A DNA stretch of 64,000 bases from an uncultured Bacilli bacterium (lineage in GTDB: Bacteria; Bacillota_I; Bacilli_A; RF39; UBA660): assembly GCA_934097085.1 (NCBI GenBank), contig CAKONK010000004.1, forward strand, positions 1,907-65,906. The letters run 5' to 3'. The notes below the pieces were generated by a model. It saw only the letters and a list, made by a program, of their open reading frames with translations, made no database searches and was not told where the DNA came from. Below are positions 9,287 through 17,362 of the stretch, one piece after another (position 1 is the first letter of the stretch; the number at the start of each line of letters is the position of its first letter). Position numbers and translations under genes: made by a program.

Positions 9287-10594
9287 ATGAATAAAGAGGT
9301 TAATAACAATTTAAATGAAAATACTACGCAAGAAGATATTGAGTTTTTAACTACAGCAGTTCCCATAATAAAAGACTTAAATGATGAACAAATTGAAATG
9401 CTTACTACTTCACTTCCAGTTATTAAGGATTATACTGAAGAAGAAATAGATGAATTAATAAAAAAGATTCCTTCATTAAGTAGGGATGATATTGCTAAAA
9501 TTAAAGAAGCTTTAAAACCAGTTGAAAAACAATCTAATAAAGAAAAAATTATAGATTTATTAAAGACAAAAAGATCTAAATTATTAATTATTTTAGGTAT
9601 TTTAATAATTATTTTAACAGTAATAAGTGTTGGAACTAGTTTTGCATTATCCTCACAAAATGAAGAGTATGAAAATTATTTTTTTGAAATAGATAAAAAG
9701 GAAAATCCTAATATGGAAATATATAATATTCCTAAAGATAGTCCAAACTTTATAAAAGATTCTAAAGCCTCACAAATTGTAAGTTGTATGCAAAGTAATA
9801 CTCCAATAGAAAAGTTACCAGAAAGTGTTACTTCAGTTATAAATGAAATAAATGATTACTATAATGAATCAATAAATCGTTTTGCATATAAATATGTTGA
9901 TATTTATACGGGTTTTACTGTTAGTTATAATGAAAATCAGCATATATTTACTGCTTCGACAATTAAAGCACCAACAGACATATATATTTATGAAAATGCT
10001 GAAAATGGATCTATCGATTTAGAGGAAAAACTTTTATATACAAAAAAATATTATAATCCTGGTGCTGGTTATATTAAATTAGGCGAGGAAAATACTTATT
10101 ATACTGTAAGAGAACTTGTTAAAAATTCTGCATATTATAGTGATAATGTAGCTCATACTATGCTTATGGATAGATTTAATAAAGATGATATGCTTGCTTT
10201 TTGGAAAGCTAAGGGTACAAATGCTATATTTACAAGACCAACTATATGGGGTGAAACAAGTGCTCATGATGCCGCAATTTATATGAATGAACTTTATAAT
10301 TTTTATGAAAAAGGTAGTGATATAGCAAAAGAACTTATGAGTTATTTTACTGATAATGGAGGTCAGTTTTTAACTCCTCCACAGGGATTGACCTCTGCGA
10401 ATAAAAGTGGCTGTGCTGGCTCTGTAATGCATGATATATCTATAGTTTTTGATGAAAATCCATATATTGTTATTGCTTTATCAAATTTAGGTTGCTTATC
10501 TGCAGGTTCTTATTTTGAGGATGTATCTAATCTTACTTATAAACTTCATAAAGCATATTGGGATTATAAAGTATCCTCTTGTATTAATAAATAA
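9287..10594 (+). CDS. class A beta-lactamase-like serine hydrolase with N-terminal TM anchor and repeat region
   Basis: STIK (SxxK), SDN and KSG motifs in class-A order and spacing; SD aggtgag before ATG 9287. Confidence 0.55.
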   Translation: MNKEVNNNLNENTTQEDIEFLTTAVPIIKDLNDEQIEMLTTSLPVIKDYTEEEIDELIKKIPSLSRDDIAKIKEALKPVEKQSNKEKIIDLLKTKRSKLLIILGILIIILTVISVGTSFALSSQNEEYENYFFEIDKKENPNMEIYNIPKDSPNFIKDSKASQIVSCMQSNTPIEKLPESVTSVINEINDYYNESINRFAYKYVDIYTGFTVSYNENQHIFTASTIKAPTDIYIYENAENGSIDLEEKLLYTKKYYNPGAGYIKLGEENTYYTVRELVKNSAYYSDNVAHTMLMDRFNKDDMLAFWKAKGTNAIFTRPTIWGETSAHDAAIYMNELYNFYEKGSDIAKELMSYFTDNGGQFLTPPQGLTSANKSGCAGSVMHDISIVFDENPYIVIALSNLGCLSAGSYFEDVSNLTYKLHKAYWDYKVSSCINK

Positions 10595-10760
10595 TTATTA
10601 GAAATTAATTAAATTATTAATTAGATTAATGATTTATATATTTGCTTAGAAAAGCCCATATATTTGGGCTTTTTAATTGTTAAAATGTGGTAATTAGTTT
10701 ACATAATTTGACGATTTGCATATTTTATGGTATAATTATTTTGTTATTCAGGGGGAAAGA

Positions 10761-11411
10761 ATGAATAAAAATGATTATGTCCTCCATAATATATGGAGAA
10801 TGAATAAAAAGGAAATCAATAATTTTAATATAAAAAAAATAACTAATTTTGGTATTGCACTATGTATGATGTTTACAATAATTTTTGCTCCAAGTGTGCA
10901 AAGAGTAAAAGAGGTTAATACTAAAGTATCTTCATTTGATAATTATAATGCTAATATTACTAAAGAAGATAAAGTAGAATACATTTTAAGTAAGTATAAT
11001 TTGACTAAAAATGAATTTAATACTTTAACTGCAATAGTTTTATCTGAGGCACAAAGTAATTCTTATGAAGATGCCTATGCAGTAATTAATACAATTTATA
11101 ATAGAACTCATGCTAAAAATTGGGTTAGAAGTTGTAGTAGTTACTTTGGTAAAAGTAATGGACAAAGTTTATACTATCAAGCAATTATGCCTAATCAGTT
11201 TGTTGTTTATCAACATGGTACTTTTACTAGATATTTAAATAGAACTGATTTAAATGGTTATAATGCTGTTATTGACTTTTTATACGATGAAAAAATAATG
11301 CATAATTATTTATCATTTAGGGCTAATAATATAGTAGTAACTGGTTCTGAAAAATTTAGTACAATGGGTAATAACTATTTTAATACTTTAGAGGAAGGTA
11401 ATAGAATTTAA
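10761..11411 (+). CDS. cell wall hydrolase, SleB-like (Hydrolase_2 family)
   Basis: LTAIVLSEAQSNSYEDAYAVINTIYNRT resembles the SleB catalytic-domain signature; SD gggggaaag before ATG. Confidence 0.5.
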   Translation: MNKNDYVLHNIWRMNKKEINNFNIKKITNFGIALCMMFTIIFAPSVQRVKEVNTKVSSFDNYNANITKEDKVEYILSKYNLTKNEFNTLTAIVLSEAQSNSYEDAYAVINTIYNRTHAKNWVRSCSSYFGKSNGQSLYYQAIMPNQFVVYQHGTFTRYLNRTDLNGYNAVIDFLYDEKIMHNYLSFRANNIVVTGSEKFSTMGNNYFNTLEEGNRI

Positions 11412-12670
11412 CTTTCCTTTTTATTTTGAAAAATATTCATATATTTATTATAAAGTTTTTCATTTTTAGAAATATTTAACTTTTTACATCCATTTTTATA
11501 TATTTTTGCAAGGTTATAGTAGGCATAATAACTTCTCTCAGAAATAGGACAGTTAATTGCTTTATTAAAATAAAACAATGCATCTTTATAATTACCTTCA
11601 TTAATGCATATTTCTCCCATTTTATTTAATGCCCAACTATTTAATAAATCAGCACTTAATTTATAGTAGTTTTTAGCAAGTTTTAAATCATTATTTTTTT
11701 CATAATGCATTCCTAAATTATTATAGGCATATGCATAACCATATTCTGCAGCTTTTTTAAAGTATTTAAGGGCAGTATCTTCATTAATATTTAAATAATA
11801 TCTTCCTAAAGTATTAAGAGCTGCAATACTTCCTAAATCTACAGCTTTATTTAAAAAATTTAACATTATATCAACATTTTTTTCTTTAACTTTATTAGAA
11901 AATATTAAATTACCAATCATCCAAGATGCTTTAGGATGTCCTTTTAAAGCAGCTTTCATATAATATTCATAGCACTTTTCATAGTCTATTTTTCCACTTA
12001 TTAAACCACTATATTCCAGTGATCCAAGTTGTGCATTAGCATACATATTATCTTTTTGTGCAAGAATTTTTAATGAGTTAATATAACTTATTCCTTCATA
12101 AAGATTTATTTTTAAATATTCCTTTAATTCATATTCATTAACATTAATTATAACTTCATCAAATATTGGTTGTTTATTTTCAAGTACTCCATAAAATAAT
12201 AATTCAATGAGAGCTTCATAATAATTGTTATTATCTAAATAATTATTTATTTTTTCTATAAAATTATTGGAAACATTTTCATCCTTTAGATGTAATATAT
12301 CTAAACAAACTTTTTTAATCTTATAATTTTCATTTATTATTTTAATATTAAGATCATCACACTTAATTATTTTTTCCTCTAAAATAGAGATTATATTAGA
12401 AAATATTGGTATAAATACTTCTTTATTATTAGAATAATTTTCTTTTAAATCTAAATATATTTTTTTATATTCTATTCCTATAGGCCTATATCCAATTAAA
12501 TAATTATTTACTGTAGTAGTTTTAATATCATTTATATTAAATACCCCACAAAATACTTCTTTTTGAATACCTGAGGCTTCAACTTTAGAATGTTTTTTTA
12601 TTATATTTATAATATTACCTAAAGATAAATAATTTTTACCATCATTCATTTTAATAAATTTCTTTTTCAT
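11408..12670 (-). CDS. Sel1/TPR-like repeat protein
   Basis: 420 aa; repeated A-x-x-LG-x-x-Y...G Sel1-type motifs in the C-terminal half. Confidence 0.6.
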   Translation of the reverse strand: MKKKFIKMNDGKNYLSLGNIINIIKKHSKVEASGIQKEVFCGVFNINDIKTTTVNNYLIGYRPIGIEYKKIYLDLKENYSNNKEVFIPIFSNIISILEEKIIKCDDLNIKIINENYKIKKVCLDILHLKDENVSNNFIEKINNYLDNNNYYEALIELLFYGVLENKQPIFDEVIINVNEYELKEYLKINLYEGISYINSLKILAQKDNMYANAQLGSLEYSGLISGKIDYEKCYEYYMKAALKGHPKASWMIGNLIFSNKVKEKNVDIMLNFLNKAVDLGSIAALNTLGRYYLNINEDTALKYFKKAAEYGYAYAYNNLGMHYEKNNDLKLAKNYYKLSADLLNSWALNKMGEICINEGNYKDALFYFNKAINCPISERSYYAYYNLAKIYKNGCKKLNISKNEKLYNKYMNIFQNKKES

Positions 12671-12770
12671 ATAACACCTATATTTATTATATCGTGGATT
12701 TATGTGGATTTCAAAATATTCTTTTTTTTATAAATTTAAAATATAATTTTAATAGGAAGGAAGTAAAGAA

Positions 12771-14009
12771 ATGAAAAAAATATTTAAAAATTACAAATCT
12801 ACAATAATTATGTTTATTTCTGTTATTGTAGGAACTATTATTGGAGTTATCTTTAAAGAAAAGGCTACTATATTAAAACCTTTTGGGACTTTATTTATTA
12901 ATTTATTACTTACTATTATAGTACCACTTATATTTTTAACTTTAAGTACCTCTATTGGTAAAATGAAAGAACCAAAAAGACTTGGTAAAATATTAATTAC
13001 TATTATTGGAATATTTGTTTTAACATCACTTATAAGTGTTTTAATAGGTATTGCTTCGACTAATATAACTTTAGTTAATAAAAAAGATAGTATAAAAATA
13101 AAAGAATCATTTGATTATTCAATTACTGATAATGATGAAAAACTTGATATTTTAACAAGAACTGTTAATGCAATTTCCACTGATGATTTTGTAAAAATAA
13201 TTTCTAAAGATAATATTATTGCTTTAATTGTTATATCTATTTTAACTGGTCTTGCTATTCATTTTGCAAAAGATAAAGGTAGAAAAGCTTTAGAAGTATT
13301 AGATAGTTTTAATGATGTGCTTCAAATGCTTATTAAAATTATTATGTATTATGCTCCAATTGGAATAGGGGCTTACTTTGCCTCTTTTGTTGGAGAGTTT
13401 GGTGCAGGTGTTGCCACAAGTTATTTAAAGATGCTTATTATTTATACAGTATCATGTGCATTTGTTTATTTCGTTATTTATAGTTTATATGCCTTTATTT
13501 CAGGTGGTAAAAAAGGATTAAAACTATATTGGCAAAATATAATGGTACCATCAGCTACAGCTCTTGCTACGTGCTCTTCAGCAGCATCAATTCCGGTTAA
13601 TACAAAAGCCGCAAAAAATATTGGGGTTTCTGATGATATAGCAGATACTATAATTCCTCTTGGTACATCATTTCATAAAGATGGTTCAATTATAGGTAGT
13701 GTATTTAAAATAATGTTCTTAGTATATTTATTTGGTATGGATGTTAGTACTTTTAAAGTTCTTGGAGTAAGTATATTAGCAACAATTTTAATTACAGCAG
13801 TACCTATTGGTGGAGGAACTATTTCAGAAATGCTTATTATTAGTTTAATGGGCTTTCCTATAGCAAGTCTTCCAATACTTACAATAATAGCCACAATAAT
13901 AGATGCTCCAGCAACACTTTTAAATGTAGTCGGAGATAGTGCAAGTAGTATGCTTGTTGCAAGAATTATTGATGGTAAAAACTGGCTTAGTAAAAAACAA
14001 AAATTCTAA
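12771..14009 (+). CDS. dicarboxylate/amino acid:cation symporter (DAACS, GltP/SstT family)
   Basis: 412 aa polytopic; typical DAACS motifs (PIGIGAYFASF, SSAASIPV, VGDSASS). Confidence 0.8.
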   Translation: MKKIFKNYKSTIIMFISVIVGTIIGVIFKEKATILKPFGTLFINLLLTIIVPLIFLTLSTSIGKMKEPKRLGKILITIIGIFVLTSLISVLIGIASTNITLVNKKDSIKIKESFDYSITDNDEKLDILTRTVNAISTDDFVKIISKDNIIALIVISILTGLAIHFAKDKGRKALEVLDSFNDVLQMLIKIIMYYAPIGIGAYFASFVGEFGAGVATSYLKMLIIYTVSCAFVYFVIYSLYAFISGGKKGLKLYWQNIMVPSATALATCSSAASIPVNTKAAKNIGVSDDIADTIIPLGTSFHKDGSIIGSVFKIMFLVYLFGMDVSTFKVLGVSILATILITAVPIGGGTISEMLIISLMGFPIASLPILTIIATIIDAPATLLNVVGDSASSMLVARIIDGKNWLSKKQKF

Positions 14010-14031
14010 GATTTATTCTTAGATTTTTTTT
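14005..14031 (+). terminator. rho-independent terminator
   Basis: tctaag-atttatt-cttaga hairpin followed by an 8-T run. Confidence 0.5.
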
Positions 14032-14269
14032 AGAAAAATAATAAATATATAAAACTCTTACAAATCAAGGTATTACCTTGTTCGTATTTTCTTAAATCTT
14101 ATACATTTGAGAAAACATACCCTCGTATTTTCGTACCTTACTACTAAATTATAGCATCAATTTATTTAAAAATCTAGTACCATATTCCGTAAAATAGACA
14201 TTAAATTTTCCTATATGTATAAGATTTAAGAAAAATGACCCCAGTATTTATAAGGGATAGGAGTATAGT

Positions 14270-16126
14270 ATGAATAGAAGTAAAATAACAAAATCGTTAG
14301 CGGTGTTCGCCTCAGTAATATTGATAATCATTATAGGCGTGGCATCATTTGCATATTTTGGAACATTTAGTGTAAATTTAAATAATAATGTAGCAGTAAA
14401 TATAAATTCATCTAGTCCAGGAAATTCAACATTTATCGCAAATGCAACTCAGTTAAATTTAGTAGTCCCAGCGGCAGATATGAGTTTTACTCAGGCAAAT
14501 AATACAGTAGCTGCAAAAGAAGATACAGCATATTTAGATGTAACACTTACAGGTTCACCAAATTTACTTACAACATGTACATATGATATAGTTTATGAAT
14601 ATAATTCGGGAAGTAATGTATATGGACAGGGTACAACAACAAAAACAAGTGGAGCAGATAAAGAAATAACAATAGAAGTAAATGGAATGAATGGAAATAA
14701 TCATTTTGCAGAAGAAACAAATTTTGATTATGCTAATATTCAAAGTTATTATGATAGTACAAATAAATATTATAAGCTAGTTGAAAATGCCACAATAAAA
14801 AGTTTGGGAACAGAACAATCAGTAAGATGGAAAATAATAGGAAGGTATTATAATTTAGATGTAAGTCAAGCACAATTAAGTGGAAAAAACTTTACTGGTA
14901 AAATATATGCAATAAGTAAAGGATGTTCCTCAGAAGATGGTACAACTGTTAAAAAAGGTTATGAAACAATTGTGGCAAATAATGGTGGCTCAGCAAGTAT
15001 GACAACTCTTACATCAACAGATTTTGCAACGGTTACTACAGAAAATGACAAAGGAATGTATAAAGCAACAGATGACTTAGGAACATCATATTATTTTAGA
15101 GGAGCAGTAGATAATAATTGGGTAAAATATGGTAAAGAAACTGCATGTACTTTTAATGGGTCGAAAGTAGTATATGTAGATTCAAAATTTAATTTTAGAA
15201 ATGTAAAAGATGAAGAAGAATGTGTATCCACAACTTTATGCAGTGCTATGGGTGCATATGCAGTAGGATTAAGTGATGATATGTGTACTTCTGCAGGGGG
15301 AGTACCAATAGGTAAAAAAGGTACATATTCTACCCAGGATATGTATTGGCGAATAATAAGAATCAATGGCGATAATTCAATAAGAATGATATATACAGGA
15401 AACGATGCACCAAGTGCTTCAACAAGTGTAATAATGACGGGTTATAAAACTGTGAGTAGTATTAATAGATTTAATACAAATTATGATAGTGCAGAATATG
15501 TAGGATATATGTATACGATAGGAGAGCAACATGGAACAGGAAAAGATAGTACAATAAAAACAGCATTGGATGATTGGTATGCAAATCATACAGATTTAAA
15601 TAAAACTGGAACAAAAATAACAGATCAAATATATTGTAATGATAGAACAGCATCAACTTCAGATGCAGAATATTCAACAACAAATTACACAACACTAACA
15701 AGTTGGAATTCAACTGGAACTACTTATTATTATGGAGCATATGGAAGAATAGCTAAAGATAATAATCCAATGTTAACCTGTGCAGTGGATAGTGATAGAT
15801 TTACAGTTAATAAAACAAATGGTAAAGGAAATAGTGCATTAACATATCCTGTAGGTTTGATAACAATAGATGAGTTGGAAATGGCAGGAAACAATTGGAG
15901 TGAAAGCAACACGAGCTATTATTTACATACTGGAGCTAACTATTGGGCGGGCTCCCCTTATGGATTCGATAGTAATGGTGCTTATGAGTTCCGTGTGGCT
16001 TATGATGGCATTTTGAGCGACTATTTTGTCGATTACAATTTTGGCGTGCGTGGTGTAGTTTCTCTATCCTCTGATGCTAAGTTACTTGGCAGTGGTACAT
16101 ATGATGATGTGTATGTAGTAAGTTAA
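14270..16126 (+). CDS. DGR target (variable) protein: N-terminal TM anchor, large ectodomain, C-terminal C-type-lectin/DUF1566-like variable region
   Basis: 618 aa; C-terminal 40 aa (YWAGSP...GVRGV) contains the VR matching the downstream TR; higher GC than surroundings. Confidence 0.8.
   Translation: MNRSKITKSLAVFASVILIIIIGVASFAYFGTFSVNLNNNVAVNINSSSPGNSTFIANATQLNLVVPAADMSFTQANNTVAAKEDTAYLDVTLTGSPNLLTTCTYDIVYEYNSGSNVYGQGTTTKTSGADKEITIEVNGMNGNNHFAEETNFDYANIQSYYDSTNKYYKLVENATIKSLGTEQSVRWKIIGRYYNLDVSQAQLSGKNFTGKIYAISKGCSSEDGTTVKKGYETIVANNGGSASMTTLTSTDFATVTTENDKGMYKATDDLGTSYYFRGAVDNNWVKYGKETACTFNGSKVVYVDSKFNFRNVKDEEECVSTTLCSAMGAYAVGLSDDMCTSAGGVPIGKKGTYSTQDMYWRIIRINGDNSIRMIYTGNDAPSASTSVIMTGYKTVSSINRFNTNYDSAEYVGYMYTIGEQHGTGKDSTIKTALDDWYANHTDLNKTGTKITDQIYCNDRTASTSDAEYSTTNYTTLTSWNSTGTTYYYGAYGRIAKDNNPMLTCAVDSDRFTVNKTNGKGNSALTYPVGLITIDELEMAGNNWSESNTSYYLHTGANYWAGSPYGFDSNGAYEFRVAYDGILSDYFVDYNFGVRGVVSLSSDAKLLGSGTYDDVYVVS
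15943..16057 (+). repeat. DGR variable repeat (VR)
   Basis: 115-bp match to TR (17038..17152); 21 differences, all at TR adenines; 3' GC-rich ggcgtgcgtggtgta identical in both. Confidence 0.85.
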
Positions 16127-16164
16127 GCTAGAAAGAAGGACTACTTCTCTGAGAAAAGAAAACA

Positions 16165-16183
16165 GCACAATCCTCGATTGTGC
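16165..16183 (+). promoter_or_regulatory. GC-rich perfect hairpin downstream of VR (DGR homing-associated stem-loop candidate)
   Basis: gcacaatc-ctc-gattgtgc, 8-bp perfect stem, about 110 bp after VR 3' end. Confidence 0.5.
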
Positions 16184-16247
16184 GTCGGGCGAAAAATAAA
16201 ACTTAGTGTGGTTGTAGTGTTGAAAAAGTAAAACATACTAAAGTTGT

Positions 16248-16266
16248 ACGCCCCTTTATGGGGCGT
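16248..16266 (+). promoter_or_regulatory. second GC-rich hairpin between target gene and Avd
   Basis: acgcccc-tttat-ggggcgt, 7-bp perfect stem. Confidence 0.45.
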
Positions 16267-16295
16267 ATATTCCACGAAGTGGCAGAAAGGAAAGT

Positions 16296-16637
16296 ATGCA
16301 GTCATTTAAATTAATTAATAAAGCAAATGAATTATATGATTATTCATTTACTTATATTTTAAATAAAATGCCAGGTAAGGCTAAGACTTTTAGGATTGCT
16401 TTGGAAAGTGAATTATATGAGTTAATACATAATATCTATAGAGCAAATATAAATTATGAAAGTGAAAAAATAAGAAGTAAATATCAAAAAGAAGCCTTAG
16501 TGAATTTAAGTACACTTGATTTAATAATAGGTCTTGTGGGAAAGCATAAATACATTAAAATGAAAAGAGTACATGGGTTTTTAGGAATACTTAATGATAC
16601 TAAAAAAATGATGTATGGTTGGATTAAAGAAAAATGA
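16296..16637 (+). CDS. avd: DGR accessory variability determinant (Avd), four-helix-bundle family
   Basis: 113 aa basic protein; MPGKAKTFRIALESELYELIHNIYRAN fits the Avd/four-helix-bundle signature; sits between VR and TR. Confidence 0.65.
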   Translation: MQSFKLINKANELYDYSFTYILNKMPGKAKTFRIALESELYELIHNIYRANINYESEKIRSKYQKEALVNLSTLDLIIGLVGKHKYIKMKRVHGFLGILNDTKKMMYGWIKEK

Positions 16638-16933
16638 ATGATGCACTTTCTAAAATATACGATGATTTGAATGAACTTGTAATGAGAAAAATTCCTCATG
16701 ATAAAGAATTATTAAGTACAAGAATTATTAAAGAACATACTAAGATATGCGAATACACTTTTAATATAATAAATTCTAATAAGGATAAAAATTATATGTT
16801 AGAATTTAAAGTTAGTGTGAAATATATATTATTTGTTCTTGAATACTTTGTTAGTAAAAAAATTATTAATGAAGAAGTTTATAAAACTTTTGAAAAAGAA
16901 TACAAAAATTTATATTTTTTAGTAAACCCTTAA
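16634..16933 (+). CDS. second Avd-like four-helix-bundle protein (paralog?)
   Basis: 99 aa; ATGA-overlapped with avd; IPHDKELLSTRIIKEHTKICEYTFNIIN resembles the same family motif. Confidence 0.4.
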   Translation: MNDALSKIYDDLNELVMRKIPHDKELLSTRIIKEHTKICEYTFNIINSNKDKNYMLEFKVSVKYILFVLEYFVSKKIINEEVYKTFEKEYKNLYFLVNP

Positions 16934-17037
16934 TTTTCTAATTAAGGTAGACATATTATTTTTGGGATTTATGATAATGTGTCTACCATAGTTAAAAAGC
17001 TTTGGGAAGTAAATATTGCTGATAGGGATATGCTACT

Positions 17038-17152
17038 TTGGGCGGGCTCCCCTAATGAATTCAATAGTAATAATGCTAATGAGTTCAATGTGAATAATGA
17101 TGGCAATTTGAACAACAATAATGTCAATAACAATAATGGCGTGCGTGGTGTA
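17038..17152 (+). repeat. DGR template repeat (TR)
   Basis: Asn-codon (AAY)-rich; 16 AAY codons; counterpart of VR; the listed ORF 16979..17215 is an artefact of the TR. Confidence 0.85.
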
Positions 17153-17362
17153 TTTTCCTTACAAAATGAGTATTATTACACAAAGTATTTACTTTATGAA
17201 TGTAATTACTCTTAGACAAATTATGGATAGGAAACAAGCATATTCCTTGGCATTATGCCTAAAATGAAAGTGATGAAGAGAATAGTGTTTATTATATAAT
17301 CGCTTCCTAGTAATACTTTTAATAGCTGTCAGCAATATTTATAAAATTAATGAAAGGAAGGG

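Noticed and set aside
14270-16126. DGR target as a pilin or S-layer protein
   Set aside because: There is no class III signal or SLH/CWB motif, only a single N-terminal anchor helix.
16979-17215. 78-aa Asn-rich ORF (MSTIVKKLWEVNIADRDMLLWAGSPNEFNSNN...)
   Set aside because: It is the translation of the DGR template repeat. The TR is non-coding RNA template, and its AAY richness creates the apparent ORF.
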